A stretch of 64,000 nt of DNA. Source: Calditrichales bacterium (lineage in GTDB: Bacteria; Calditrichota; Calditrichia; Calditrichales; J004). Within the stretch, counting starts at the first letter, position 1. The number at the start of each line of letters is the position of its first letter. The DNA lies in the NCBI GenBank assembly GCA_965267575.1, contig OZ254086.1, positions 4,352,001 to 4,416,000 of the forward strand, read 5' to 3'. The translations under genes and the position numbers were made by a program. Positions 18,204 through 28,119 of the stretch are shown one piece after another. The notes under the pieces were generated by a model that saw only the letters and a list, made by a program, of their open reading frames with translations, made no database searches and had not been told where the DNA came from.

Positions 18204-19265
18204 TTAGCATGGCGGCGCCACATTTACATCCACCGCCGTAATGCCCTTTTGCGCGGCAGCGTTTTTTAGTTCCAGCAGATTGTTTTCATTTTTGGCAAAA
18301 GCAACGCCGATATCACCGCTGCCTGCGCCACTTGGTTTGTAGACCGCTCCATGTTGGCCGGCTATTTCAGCCAGATCCCTGTGTACATCGGAAATGATTG
18401 GCATAGCGCTTTTGCGACCCAGCTCATCCAGAAAATTGTAAAAAGCTGCAATATTTTTCAAAAAAAGATCGATGTCGCGCCGGGCGTAAGCTTCGCAGCC
18501 CTCCCGCGAACAACTGCCCAGGTTGCTCATCAGTTCGTCGTACAGTCCGGGTTGCCCGTTTTGCAATTGCTTCACGCCGGATACCATGCGTCGTGTCGAT
18601 TCCGACTTGCCGCTGAACAGCACCAGCATTGGCAGTTCCGGCCAGACATCAAGGCGGTAGGGTAACTGCTGCTCAGCACGACGGTTTATACCCACCAGGT
18701 ACTCCAGCGCCCCGCCATAGGCACTGGCGGCAATATCGATACCGCTGCCCATGTTACCCTGCGCCCGGCGGTGGGCAAACAGCGAAAGCCGGAACAGTTT
18801 ATCGCGCACATCATCCGCCTGCAGATTGCGGCCCACCATGTGGAACAGCGCACGCACCAGCGCCACGGTCAACGCCGCGCTGGAGCCAAAGCCCAGCTTC
18901 GCCTGCACTTCGCCGGAGTAAAAAGCTTCTGTATCAATAGTGATGTCACAGGCGCTCAAGTCACAGCCGCATGAACGCAGATAGTGCCAGGCATATTCAA
19001 ATGTTGTCTTAAAAAAGGTCAGCCTTTTCTGCGTCGCGCTCTTCACATCTGCCGGGAAAACAATGCAGTTATTGCTGTTCAGCGAAAAAGGCACATTCTC
19101 GATTTGAATGGATGGTGCGCTGATGCTGAATTGTTGATCATCTCTCTTTTTCAGCGTGACGTATGCGTAGCGGTCCACGGCAAGCACCAGCGACGGAGCG
19201 CCTTCAAGCACGGCGTATTCGCCGATCAGGATAAGTTTGCCGGGCGCTTTCTCGGTTATGGTCAC
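18204..19265 (-). CDS. mvaK2: Phosphomevalonate kinase (GHMP family)
   Basis: APGKLILIGEYAVL, KLGFGSSAA, QGNMGSGIDIAAS and KPSGAGSGD; operon context. Confidence 0.85.
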   Translation of the reverse strand: MTITEKAPGKLILIGEYAVLEGAPSLVLAVDRYAYVTLKKRDDQQFSISAPSIQIENVPFSLNSNNCIVFPADVKSATQKRLTFFKTTFEYAWHYLRSCGCDLSACDITIDTEAFYSGEVQAKLGFGSSAALTVALVRALFHMVGRNLQADDVRDKLFRLSLFAHRRAQGNMGSGIDIAASAYGGALEYLVGINRRAEQQLPYRLDVWPELPMLVLFSGKSESTRRMVSGVKQLQNGQPGLYDELMSNLGSCSREGCEAYARRDIDLFLKNIAAFYNFLDELGRKSAMPIISDVHRDLAEIAGQHGAVYKPSGAGSGDIGVAFAKNENNLLELKNAAAQKGITAVDVNVAPPC

Positions 19266-20251
19266 ACCGTTTCCTCTTGCAAAACGCGGGCATCACCGCC
19301 CAGCCCCGTTTCAATCACACGTTGTACACCGGGTGTTTCTTCCAGCATCCGGCGTACCTTTGCAGCATCATTCGCCGTACAGATTGCCTTGACCTGGGGA
19401 CCGGCATCTATGGTGAAAAAAACATTTGTCCCGGCCGCGCGCAGGTCTCGGATGGAGTGGATCAGTTCCACCGTTGTGCCGTTCCAGTAGATCAGTCCGG
19501 GCCGGCTGGCCATGGCCAGAGCATGCATTTTAAGGCAGCTGAATTCAGAGATGTCCGCAACCATTTCGAAATCCCTATTGGCAATCGCCTCGCGCATTTC
19601 ATTCATGTCGTTTATAGAGCTGTCAATCCAACGCCCATAGTACGGCGACGTATTTCGCGTTAATTCCATGCCGTCCGTAGAACCGGTTTTTTTCTTCTTT
19701 TCGGAAGTAATGGCGATCATTACGCGCAAGTCCCAGAACTCAGCGGGGTAAAGCTGATAGGCGTAAGCGTCGCTGCCGTCCTGCTCATCGCCAAGACGCA
19801 TTTCCACAAAGCCGCCAAACAGCGAGCGTGCCGCGCTGCCCGACCCTTTGCGCGCCAGCTCCGACAACTCGCGCGACGATAAGTCGAGACCGGCTGCGCG
19901 GGAAGCTGCCAGCGCCAGGCAGGCAAACGAAGATGCCGACGAAGCCAGGCCCGCAGACGTCGGAAAATTGTTCTCGCTTTCCACCCGGGCAGGACTATTG
20001 ATGCCCCCTGCACTTCGGATTATATCCAGAAAGCGGCTGACGCGCCCGGTTTCTTTGGCTCCGGCTTTTTCACCGTTCAGGATCAGTTCATCCGCCGGAA
20101 CGTCGTTATCCATTTTGACGGATGTCTCAGTATAAAGGGCGTCCAGCGTAATGGAAATGGAAGCGACCGCCGGCAGGTTCAGGCCGATATCGCGTTTGCC
20201 CCAGTATTTCACCAGGGCGATGTTGGAATGGGCACGGGCACGACAATACAA
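19262..20251 (-). CDS. mvaD: Diphosphomevalonate decarboxylase
   Basis: NIALVKYWGK, NFPTSAGLASSAS, GSGSAARS and TIDAGPQV; TTG start. Confidence 0.95.
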   Translation of the reverse strand: MYCRARAHSNIALVKYWGKRDIGLNLPAVASISITLDALYTETSVKMDNDVPADELILNGEKAGAKETGRVSRFLDIIRSAGGINSPARVESENNFPTSAGLASSASSFACLALAASRAAGLDLSSRELSELARKGSGSAARSLFGGFVEMRLGDEQDGSDAYAYQLYPAEFWDLRVMIAITSEKKKKTGSTDGMELTRNTSPYYGRWIDSSINDMNEMREAIANRDFEMVADISEFSCLKMHALAMASRPGLIYWNGTTVELIHSIRDLRAAGTNVFFTIDAGPQVKAICTANDAAKVRRMLEETPGVQRVIETGLGGDARVLQEETV

Positions 20252-20405
20252 CGGCTTTCCTTTCTTTCATCAGAACAAATTGGAAATTTAAAGATATGGT
20301 GCGAAAAATGCGAATTGGAGAACAACGGTTATTGCAAAATCATCCGCCCGTTACTATACTGAACCTACCATTCGATAATTCGCTCTTCACAACGGGGATT
20401 TCTTT

Positions 20406-20789
20406 TTGGAAACTAGCTCATCATCATTGCAGGAATTTGCCAGTTGGGTTGCGATTGTCGGCACATCGCTGCTGGCGGCCTATTTTTTTGCTTTCCTGGT
20501 ATTTCAGTCGCTCAATAAGGGCAGGCGAACCGGCAGCTGGTTTACAGCCATCATGGAAAGGCATTTTGCCGCGACGATCGCGGTGCCACTCTCAGCAGTA
20601 ACCGCGGCATGTGTCGTCATCCTCTTTGGCGCCACCAGCGGAGGCAATCTTACTTTTAGTCTGCTGGGCTTTAAATTCGAAGGCGCATCCGGTCCGATTA
20701 CATTGTGGCTGGTCTGTTTTCTGGCAATGATATTCGCCGTGAGGCTGTTATGGAATAGTGGTAAAAGTGAACCTAAGGAGACAGAATGA
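20406..20789 (+). CDS. Hypothetical membrane protein (about 3 TM)
   Basis: Hydrophobic segments and FEGASGPITLW. Stop overlaps the next start (ATGA). Start is uncertain. Confidence 0.6.
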   Translation: METSSSSLQEFASWVAIVGTSLLAAYFFAFLVFQSLNKGRRTGSWFTAIMERHFAATIAVPLSAVTAACVVILFGATSGGNLTFSLLGFKFEGASGPITLWLVCFLAMIFAVRLLWNSGKSEPKETE

Positions 20790-21319
20790 AGCGATTACAA
20801 AGTTTCTACCTGACGTGCCTGATCATGCTGACGCCCGTTTTTGTAGCTGCCCAGGAAACATTGATCAAAGAGCTCCAACCCCTGGAACCCTTTATCGGTA
20901 AAACGTGGAAAACCACCTTCGCCACGGCTGACGGCAACGGAAAAATCCACGATATCGCCCGCTGGGAGCGAGCGCTGAACGGTAAAGCGGTACGTATTCT
21001 CCATTCCGTGAATAATGGCGACTATGGCGGTGAGACAATCGTTTATTACGATAAGAAAAAAGAAAGCCTGCGCTTTTTCTACTTTACCACGGCCGGCTTT
21101 TTTACCGAAGGCTCCGTGACCATTAAAAACGGCAAAATGGAAAGCCACGAGTTTGTCAGCGGCAACGAGGAAGGTATCAGCGAAGTAAAATCTGTCAACG
21201 AAATTCTTGAAGACGGCACTATGAAAGTGACCTCGCGTTTCCTCAAAAACGGTGAATGGCAGGAGAAAAGAGTCAGCATTTATTATCAGGCGCCAAAAGA
21301 CGAGGTCATCTTTAAGTAG
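20786..21319 (+). CDS. Secreted hypothetical protein (beta-rich, lipocalin-like)
   Basis: Signal peptide; LxPFIGKTW followed by an alternating beta-strand pattern. Confidence 0.7.
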   Translation: MKRLQSFYLTCLIMLTPVFVAAQETLIKELQPLEPFIGKTWKTTFATADGNGKIHDIARWERALNGKAVRILHSVNNGDYGGETIVYYDKKKESLRFFYFTTAGFFTEGSVTIKNGKMESHEFVSGNEEGISEVKSVNEILEDGTMKVTSRFLKNGEWQEKRVSIYYQAPKDEVIFK

Positions 21320-21429
21320 CCGCACACGGGCAGATCGTAATGATGCCATAAAAAGAAAAAGTCCGTTTAGAATTTGAATTTAAAATAGCGGCAAACGCAC
21401 ACTAAAAGTGCCAAAAACGAAGGAATGCT

Positions 21430-21798
21430 ATGCCCGCAAGCGTTAAGGTTGATCCTTCAAAAAGGATGTTTATTATAAAAATGGAAGGAAATGTTACAGC
21501 CGAGGATCTGAAGGAACTGGCCCGCAATTTAAAGAATCATCCTGATTTTAATCCGGCTTATGACAGACTGGTCGACCTCTCGGCAATCGATAAAATGGAA
21601 ATAAGCACGGAAGTGGTTCGTCAGTTGGCCGCCAGCAGTGAAACGACTTTTGATGAATCAAGCCGCCGCGCGATTGTGGCCTCTTCGGATTTTATGTTCG
21701 GCATCAGCCGCATGTACCAAACCATCACCAACCGGCTAAAACAAACGCGCGTTTTTAGAACACTCGAGGAAGCCCGGCAATGGCTGGAAGAAGAATAA
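21430..21798 (+). CDS. STAS/SEC14 (SpoIIAA-like) small protein
   Basis: LVDLS...RRAIVA...FGISRMY...VFRTLEEARQWL; AAGGA RBS. Confidence 0.75.
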   Translation: MPASVKVDPSKRMFIIKMEGNVTAEDLKELARNLKNHPDFNPAYDRLVDLSAIDKMEISTEVVRQLAASSETTFDESSRRAIVASSDFMFGISRMYQTITNRLKQTRVFRTLEEARQWLEEE

Positions 21799-21806
21799 TT
21801 AATAGA

Positions 21807-22469
21807 ATGAAGAAAATCGCGATCTTTGCGTTCTGTATATTTTTCCTTGCCGCCTGCAGCGAACCGACGGCCGGTAATGACAATCCCGAAAGTCGGGCGA
21901 CTTTTGTAAACCTCACATCATGGACGTATATCTACTGGGAAACCAACCACGACGGTGAAACCACCTTCCCCGGTGACACCATTAATATTGAGCTACTGCA
22001 GAAAAATGATTCTTCCATCTCCTTTATCGAAACTTACCGCGGCGCTACTTTTGATTACCTGAGTGACACCCTGCTTTTCGATCTACAGATTGATTCCAGC
22101 GGTTACTTTTATAAGACCGGTGAAAACTCTACCGGTAATTCGCAGATTTGGTATTTACCGGATACCTGTTTTCCGAAAGTGCCGGCCGATTCAAACTATG
22201 TACAGATCATAATTGATGAAGATAATTTCGACGTCTCCCCTGTTTTTAGCTCCTATTTCACGGCCCTCTCCAACGACGTCAAAATCTTTGACAAGCACTA
22301 TGCTCATACCCAGTGGGTCTATTTTGACGCCCGCCCTGTTTCCTACGACGGACCCGCATTGTTGCTGGTCTATTCGCCGCACCTCGGTTTAGTAACAACT
22401 ATCAAATCCGGCGGCTTCAGGCCCCTGGCGCAAACAGGCTGGTTGCTAAAAGATTACAAAGCTTTTTAG
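21807..22469 (+). CDS. Hypothetical lipoprotein
   Basis: MKKIAIFAFCIFFLAAC lipobox from ATG 21807. Confidence 0.7.
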   Translation: MKKIAIFAFCIFFLAACSEPTAGNDNPESRATFVNLTSWTYIYWETNHDGETTFPGDTINIELLQKNDSSISFIETYRGATFDYLSDTLLFDLQIDSSGYFYKTGENSTGNSQIWYLPDTCFPKVPADSNYVQIIIDEDNFDVSPVFSSYFTALSNDVKIFDKHYAHTQWVYFDARPVSYDGPALLLVYSPHLGLVTTIKSGGFRPLAQTGWLLKDYKAF

Positions 22470-22510
22470 CGATTGTTTATATTGTGCCCTGAACATTTTC
22501 GGTGAACACC

Positions 22511-24436
22511 ATGGCACAAAACAGAATTGAAAAAATTGTACAGGCTTTTGCGGTGGATCAGCGGGAGCCGGTCCACAGCGGTGATTTTGTAACCATCCGC
22601 CCGGCTTACGTGATGACCCACGACAACACGGCAGCGGTGATTCTCAAATTTAAAGCACTCAATCGTCCCATCCATAATCCTTCACAGATTGTTTTTACGC
22701 TGGACCATAACATCCAGGACAAATCGGAAAAAAACCTGGCCAAATACGCGGCCATTGAAGCTTTTGCCCGCGAGAATAACATAGATTTTTACCCGGCGGG
22801 CAGGGGCATCGGGCACCAGATAATGTGCGAAGAGGGCTATGCCTGGCCGGACACCTTTGTCGTCGCTTCAGATAGCCATAGCAATATGTACGGCGGTCTG
22901 GGTTGCCTGGGCACGCCGATTGTGCGCAGCGACGCGGCAGCGGCCTGGGCCACGGGCAGCATCTGGTGGGAAATACCGCCGGTAACAAAAATCATCCTTT
23001 CGGGAAAACTGCGTCCCGGGGTCACCGGCAAAGACCTGATCATTACTTTGGCCGGTTTTTTCAATAAAGATGAAATACTGAATCATGCCCTGGAAATTGA
23101 GGGGAAAGGTGTGAAGGGCTTAAGTATCGATCAGCGGCTGACCATTGCCAATATGAGCACTGAATGGGGCGCATTGGCCGCTCTTTTCCCTGTGGATGAC
23201 CTGACCCTCAAATGGCTGGAAATGCGCCAAAAACTGGCCTCCATGCGCGATAATCCGGCAGCGTTGTCCCGGCTTAATCCGGCGAGAATAAGCGCCTTGC
23301 GCGCCGATGTTACAAGGGCCGACCGCGATGCACACTACGCCACGGAAATAGAGATCGATCTCGGCACGGTGACTCCGCACATTTCCGGCCCCAACAGCGT
23401 TAAGACAATTATGCCGCTGAGCAATATTTCCGAAAAGCAAATCCCCATCCAGAAAGCTTACCTGCTCTCCTGCGTGAATGCGCGCCTGGAAGACCTGTCC
23501 GAAGCGGCGCAAGTTGTTCGTGGACAAAAAGTGCATCCGGGCGTAAAGTTTTATATTGCCGCGGCTTCCAGCGAGGTGCAACGGGAAAGCGAAAAGCGCG
23601 GCGACTGGCAAACGCTGCTCGAGGCCGGCGCCGTTGAACTGCCCCCGGGGTGCGGCCCCTGCATTGGTTTGGGCGCCGGTACGCTGGAAAGCGGCGAGAC
23701 AGGCATATCCGCCACAAACCGCAACTTCAGGGGGCGCATGGGTGCGCGCGATGCCAAAGCCTACCTGGCCGCGCCTGCCGTGGTGGCGGCCTCCGCCATT
23801 AAAGGTTATATCGCTTCACCGGAGCATATTGAGCCGCGGCAACTCCGCGCCACCATCAGCAAAAGCAAACAGGAGCCTGCGGCGCGAACATCCACGATAA
23901 TTGCCGGCTTTCCCGAAGAGACAGCAGGCCGCGTATGGTTTCTCAATGCCGACAATATCAACACCGATTTGCTTTATCCTTCCCAGTACACCTACCGGGA
24001 AGATATGTCTGAACAAGAAATGCGCGCGGTTGTGTTGCAGGACTTTGATCCGGAGCTGGCTTCCAGACTTAAAGCCGGTGACATAATTGTAGCAGGCTAT
24101 AACTTCGGGACGGGCAGTTCCAGGGAACAGGCCGCCACCGCGCTTAAAATGGCCGGTGTCCGCATGGTAGTCGCGGCGAGCTTTAGCGCCACCTACAAGC
24201 GCAATGCTTTCAATAACGGGTTCCTGGTTATGGAGTGCATGGCCCTGCTAGAGGATCTAAAAAACGCCGCATTGGAAAAAGAAGCCGCCCATCTGCTCCC
24301 GGCACCCATGACCGTTAGATTCAACACCGGCTTCATCGAATACAGCGGAAAGCGATTTCCCTTTACTCTCCCGGGAACGGCCGGGCAGCGCCTGATACTA
24401 CAGGGCGGATTAATACAATCGGCAAAGAATGATTGA
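22511..24436 (+). CDS. lysF: Single-chain homoaconitase (fungal Lys4/LysF-like)
   Basis: MTHDN, GIGHQIM, VASDSHSNMYGG; Fe-S cysteines SCVN and GCGPC; fused swivel domain with DNINTD and NFGTGSSREQAATAL. Confidence 0.82.
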   Translation: MAQNRIEKIVQAFAVDQREPVHSGDFVTIRPAYVMTHDNTAAVILKFKALNRPIHNPSQIVFTLDHNIQDKSEKNLAKYAAIEAFARENNIDFYPAGRGIGHQIMCEEGYAWPDTFVVASDSHSNMYGGLGCLGTPIVRSDAAAAWATGSIWWEIPPVTKIILSGKLRPGVTGKDLIITLAGFFNKDEILNHALEIEGKGVKGLSIDQRLTIANMSTEWGALAALFPVDDLTLKWLEMRQKLASMRDNPAALSRLNPARISALRADVTRADRDAHYATEIEIDLGTVTPHISGPNSVKTIMPLSNISEKQIPIQKAYLLSCVNARLEDLSEAAQVVRGQKVHPGVKFYIAAASSEVQRESEKRGDWQTLLEAGAVELPPGCGPCIGLGAGTLESGETGISATNRNFRGRMGARDAKAYLAAPAVVAASAIKGYIASPEHIEPRQLRATISKSKQEPAARTSTIIAGFPEETAGRVWFLNADNINTDLLYPSQYTYREDMSEQEMRAVVLQDFDPELASRLKAGDIIVAGYNFGTGSSREQAATALKMAGVRMVVAASFSATYKRNAFNNGFLVMECMALLEDLKNAALEKEAAHLLPAPMTVRFNTGFIEYSGKRFPFTLPGTAGQRLILQGGLIQSAKND

Positions 24437-24502
24437 CCAATAAAGCGCCGATTGCTGCACAGGCATAAAGTGCATGCCTGCCGGAAACGAATACTGGCTA
24501 TT

Positions 24503-24895
24503 ATGACAAAACAACAGACGCAATTGATGCACTATCCTGATACCGTGTTGGAAAAATGGACCACAAACTCCAACCTGCAGCGCGGAAAAGGCTACTTTGA
24601 GTCCGGTAGCGTGATTAACATTAAGCTGGTGAACAGTCGCATTGCGCGCGGCATTGTTAAGGGCAATAAGACGTACAGGGTGTTTGTGGAAATAGCCGAC
24701 AGACCGGAAGGCTTGTGCAGTTGCGCTTATAATTCAAAAGGATTGTGCAAGCACATGGTGGCGCTGCTAATTGCACTGAACACGCGCAACGGAGCGCAGC
24801 ATAAAAACTGGCCCCGCGTTAAAGAGAAAATTTACCAGTGGCTTAACCGGCTGTGGATTTTGGGCTTAAGGGCACTATCGCAAAAATATTCTTAA
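24503..24895 (+). CDS. SWIM zinc-finger protein
   Basis: RGKGYF...CSC-x7-CKHMVALL. Start is uncertain. Confidence 0.8.
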   Translation: MTKQQTQLMHYPDTVLEKWTTNSNLQRGKGYFESGSVINIKLVNSRIARGIVKGNKTYRVFVEIADRPEGLCSCAYNSKGLCKHMVALLIALNTRNGAQHKNWPRVKEKIYQWLNRLWILGLRALSQKYS

Positions 24896-24897
24896 AC

Positions 24898-24927
24898 AAA
24901 AAAAGGCGTCAATTTTGACGCCTTTTT
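24898..24927. terminator. Bidirectional intrinsic terminator
   Basis: A-run, GGCGTCAA/TTGACGCC stem, T-run, between convergent genes. Confidence 0.88.
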
Positions 24928-24931
24928 CATT

Positions 24932-27900
24932 TTATTCGGTTACCAACACTTCGCCGGCTTCTTCTTTTACACCTTTGCGCTTCAGGATGACACCCCCCAC
25001 CAGCTTACGGAAATAATTACGCATATCATCAAAAACAGTGTAAGCCCAGGGTACGGCAATCAGCGATACCAATGTGGAGAACATCAATCCGCCAATGATC
25101 GTCAGTCCCATGGGCTTGTATTCAATGCCAATCATTTTGGCGTTGCCAAGTGCCATGGGGATCAGACCGCCGATGGTTGTAAAAGCGGTCATTAAAATAG
25201 GCCGGAAGCGCTTGGATCCGGCGGTAATCAATGCTTCAAAACGGGCATACCCTTCGTTACGCAAGCGGTTGACCATATCGATCATCACGATGGCGTTGTT
25301 TACCACAATACCGATCAGGATGATCAGCCCGATGCCACTCATTGTGTCGAACGGTGTATTGGTCAGATAAAGCATCCAGTACGCGCCTACAAAGCTAAAC
25401 GGTATGGCTATAATTACGGAAAGCGGCAATACAAACGATTCAAACAAAATGCCCATCAGAAGGAACACAGAGGTGATAGCCATTACAACACCAAACCACT
25501 GGCTTTCACTGCGCTCATTCAGACGCGCAAAACGGGAGCCCTTGTTCCAGTCGTAGCCGTAAGGCATTTCGAAACCGGCCATGGCCTGATCGATTTTCTG
25601 GTGGATCATGCCAATGTTCTGAACCGTGGTGTTGGCTTTTACACCAAGCATGGTCTTGCCGTCTTCGCGCATGATGGAGCCGAAGCCTTTTTTTACGCTG
25701 ATTGTAGCCACGGCATCCAGCGGTACTTCCTTGCCGTTCTGGGCGAAGAAGGTAATATTTTTAAGCTGCTGCAGGTTTTGCCTGTCCTCTTCCTGCAACT
25801 GGATCAGCATGTCTATTTCGCGGTCATCAGTCTGGAATTTGGGAAGCTGTATTCCACGCAGGGCGTACATGACCGTACCGGAAATTGTGCGCGGGCTGAT
25901 GCCGAATTTTTGTGCCTGTTCGCGCTTAATCATCAGGCGTATTTCGTCGTCACCCCGTTCCCGATCGGTTTCGACGCTGATGATTTCCGGAATGGCTTTG
26001 AGCCTGCGTTCCACCTCTTCGGCAAGCTGAGCGAGGCGCTGTGTGTCATCGCCAAACAGGTTTATGTTGACAGACGCTTCATCGCCACCCTGGGTTTGCC
26101 ACCACGTTGTACGCAACTTTACGCCCGGTAATTCGGGAATCCGCTTTTTGACGTCTTCCACAACAGCGTCGCGGCTCATCAGCGTAGTATCAGCCAGGCC
26201 CAGCATATCTTTGGCGCCATTGTATAGCGTCTCGTACCAGGCCAGCGGAGGCTCCGGTTGCAGAAAAACATGCAAACGGGCAAAATTGGCCCGGTAGCCG
26301 GCATTGATCGTTCTCAGGTTATAACGGTCTCCGTGAGCTCGTACGGTATCTTCGGCCATCTTTACAACCCGGGCGGCATCATCCAACGTGTAGTTATCCG
26401 GCAATTCAAACATCAGGCGGAAATCGTTAATATTGCCATTCATGTTGTCTGTTTGCGCCACATTATTCATGGCAAATTGCAGGGAAAACAGAACAAATAG
26501 TAGTATCACAAAAGTTTCAACGCGGTGCGTAAGACTCCAGCTTAATACGCCGGTGTACCATTTTGTGCTTTTGACGATAACGGGCGGTTCCTGCACCTTC
26601 TTTTTGGAAACAACGCGTGTTGCTGCCAGGGGAATAAAGACCATAGCAACGATTAGAGAGGCAACAAGAGCGCCAATTACAGGCACGCCAATCCGCAGCA
26701 TATAAAACCGAAAACCGGCTTCATCGTTCATTAATATCAGCGGCAGAAAAACCACGATCGTTGTAAAGGTAGCCATGGTTACGGCCAGCGACACTTCCGA
26801 AGTGCCCCTTGCGGCGGCTTTTTTAGCACCGTCGCCTTCACTGCGCCGGCGGTATATGTTTTCAAGTACCACAATCGAGTTGTCCACCACCATACCGATG
26901 GAGATCATCAGGCCCATCATAGTAATCAGGTTAAGCGTCCAACCCATGAAATAGAGAAAGGTAAGACTGAACAGGATGGACAGCGGAATAGCAAGGTTGA
27001 GAATAAGCGTCATACGGAAGCGGCGCAGGAAAAAGTAAAGCACCACAAAGGCGAAAAAACCGCCCCACATACCGGCCGAAGTCAGATTATCAATGCTCTC
27101 TTTGATGAAGTGACCCTGGTTAAAAAGCACTTCCACCTTTATGTCGTTCAGCCGTGGATCGTTTTCGAATTCGGCGAACATGGCTTCAACTTTGTCCGTC
27201 AGTTCCACGGTGTTGGCAAGTGATTCCTTAAAGATGGCCAGTTCCAGCGCCGGCTTGCCATCTATGCGCTGCACCCAGCGTCTTTCGGGCACGTCGTATA
27301 CAACCTCAGCAATATCCTTCAGACGGATATTGGCGCCGCGGATGGGGATATTGCGCACCTGCTCAAGCGAGCGGAACTTACCTATGGAGCGCACAAATAT
27401 CTGCTGACCGCCGTCACGCAGGTCTCCCGAAGAGATGGCAAAGTTATCGCTACGCAAACGGGTGATCACTTCATAAAGATTGATTTTGTGGGCGCGCACT
27501 TTTTCCTGGTCAATCAATATCTGGATTGACTTTTCATCGGCGCCTTCTATCTCCACACTGGCGATACCGTCAATCCGTTCCAGCGGTTTTTTGATCAGCT
27601 GCTCGGTAAAATAGTAGGGATCTTCCAGCTCTTTTTCGGGGATCAACGCCACCCACATGATCGGTTCATCGTCGTTGTCCCATTTTCGGATGTAGAGGCG
27701 CTCCACATCGTCGGGCAAATCGGGCCGTACCCGTTCAATGCGGTCGCGAAGCTGGTTATAGGCCAGCTCCATATCGGCGCTTTGGTTAAAGTGCAGCGAG
27801 GTCCAGCAGCCGTTGGTGTGGCTGTAGGTCTCAACCCGTTTCACGCCCTTGATCGTCCTTACCACCTCTTCGATGGGGCGGGCTATCAATTGCTCCACTT

Positions 27901-28117
27901 CTTCCGGGTTGGCATTGGGATAAGGCGTCCAGACACCAAGGAAAGGAGGCGTAAAACCGGCGGGCATCATCTCCACCGAAATCTGCTTGTAGGCAATAAA
28001 ACCGACCACAAGCATAGCAACCAGTGACATGATCACCGTGACCGGCCGTGTCAATGCCAGCCGCGGCATCGCGCTCACTTTTTTAAAATCCATGGGTTCG
28101 TCTTTGTTGTCCTGCAT
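24932..28117 (-). CDS. RND efflux permease (AcrB/AcrD/AcrF family)
   Basis: GMVVDNSIVVLENI, GIVVNNAIV and RFRPILMT; two large periplasmic loops. Confidence 0.95.
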   Translation of the reverse strand: MQDNKDEPMDFKKVSAMPRLALTRPVTVIMSLVAMLVVGFIAYKQISVEMMPAGFTPPFLGVWTPYPNANPEEVEQLIARPIEEVVRTIKGVKRVETYSHTNGCWTSLHFNQSADMELAYNQLRDRIERVRPDLPDDVERLYIRKWDNDDEPIMWVALIPEKELEDPYYFTEQLIKKPLERIDGIASVEIEGADEKSIQILIDQEKVRAHKINLYEVITRLRSDNFAISSGDLRDGGQQIFVRSIGKFRSLEQVRNIPIRGANIRLKDIAEVVYDVPERRWVQRIDGKPALELAIFKESLANTVELTDKVEAMFAEFENDPRLNDIKVEVLFNQGHFIKESIDNLTSAGMWGGFFAFVVLYFFLRRFRMTLILNLAIPLSILFSLTFLYFMGWTLNLITMMGLMISIGMVVDNSIVVLENIYRRRSEGDGAKKAAARGTSEVSLAVTMATFTTIVVFLPLILMNDEAGFRFYMLRIGVPVIGALVASLIVAMVFIPLAATRVVSKKKVQEPPVIVKSTKWYTGVLSWSLTHRVETFVILLFVLFSLQFAMNNVAQTDNMNGNINDFRLMFELPDNYTLDDAARVVKMAEDTVRAHGDRYNLRTINAGYRANFARLHVFLQPEPPLAWYETLYNGAKDMLGLADTTLMSRDAVVEDVKKRIPELPGVKLRTTWWQTQGGDEASVNINLFGDDTQRLAQLAEEVERRLKAIPEIISVETDRERGDDEIRLMIKREQAQKFGISPRTISGTVMYALRGIQLPKFQTDDREIDMLIQLQEEDRQNLQQLKNITFFAQNGKEVPLDAVATISVKKGFGSIMREDGKTMLGVKANTTVQNIGMIHQKIDQAMAGFEMPYGYDWNKGSRFARLNERSESQWFGVVMAITSVFLLMGILFESFVLPLSVIIAIPFSFVGAYWMLYLTNTPFDTMSGIGLIILIGIVVNNAIVMIDMVNRLRNEGYARFEALITAGSKRFRPILMTAFTTIGGLIPMALGNAKMIGIEYKPMGLTIIGGLMFSTLVSLIAVPWAYTVFDDMRNYFRKLVGGVILKRKGVKEEAGEVLVTE

Positions 28118-28119
28118 AT

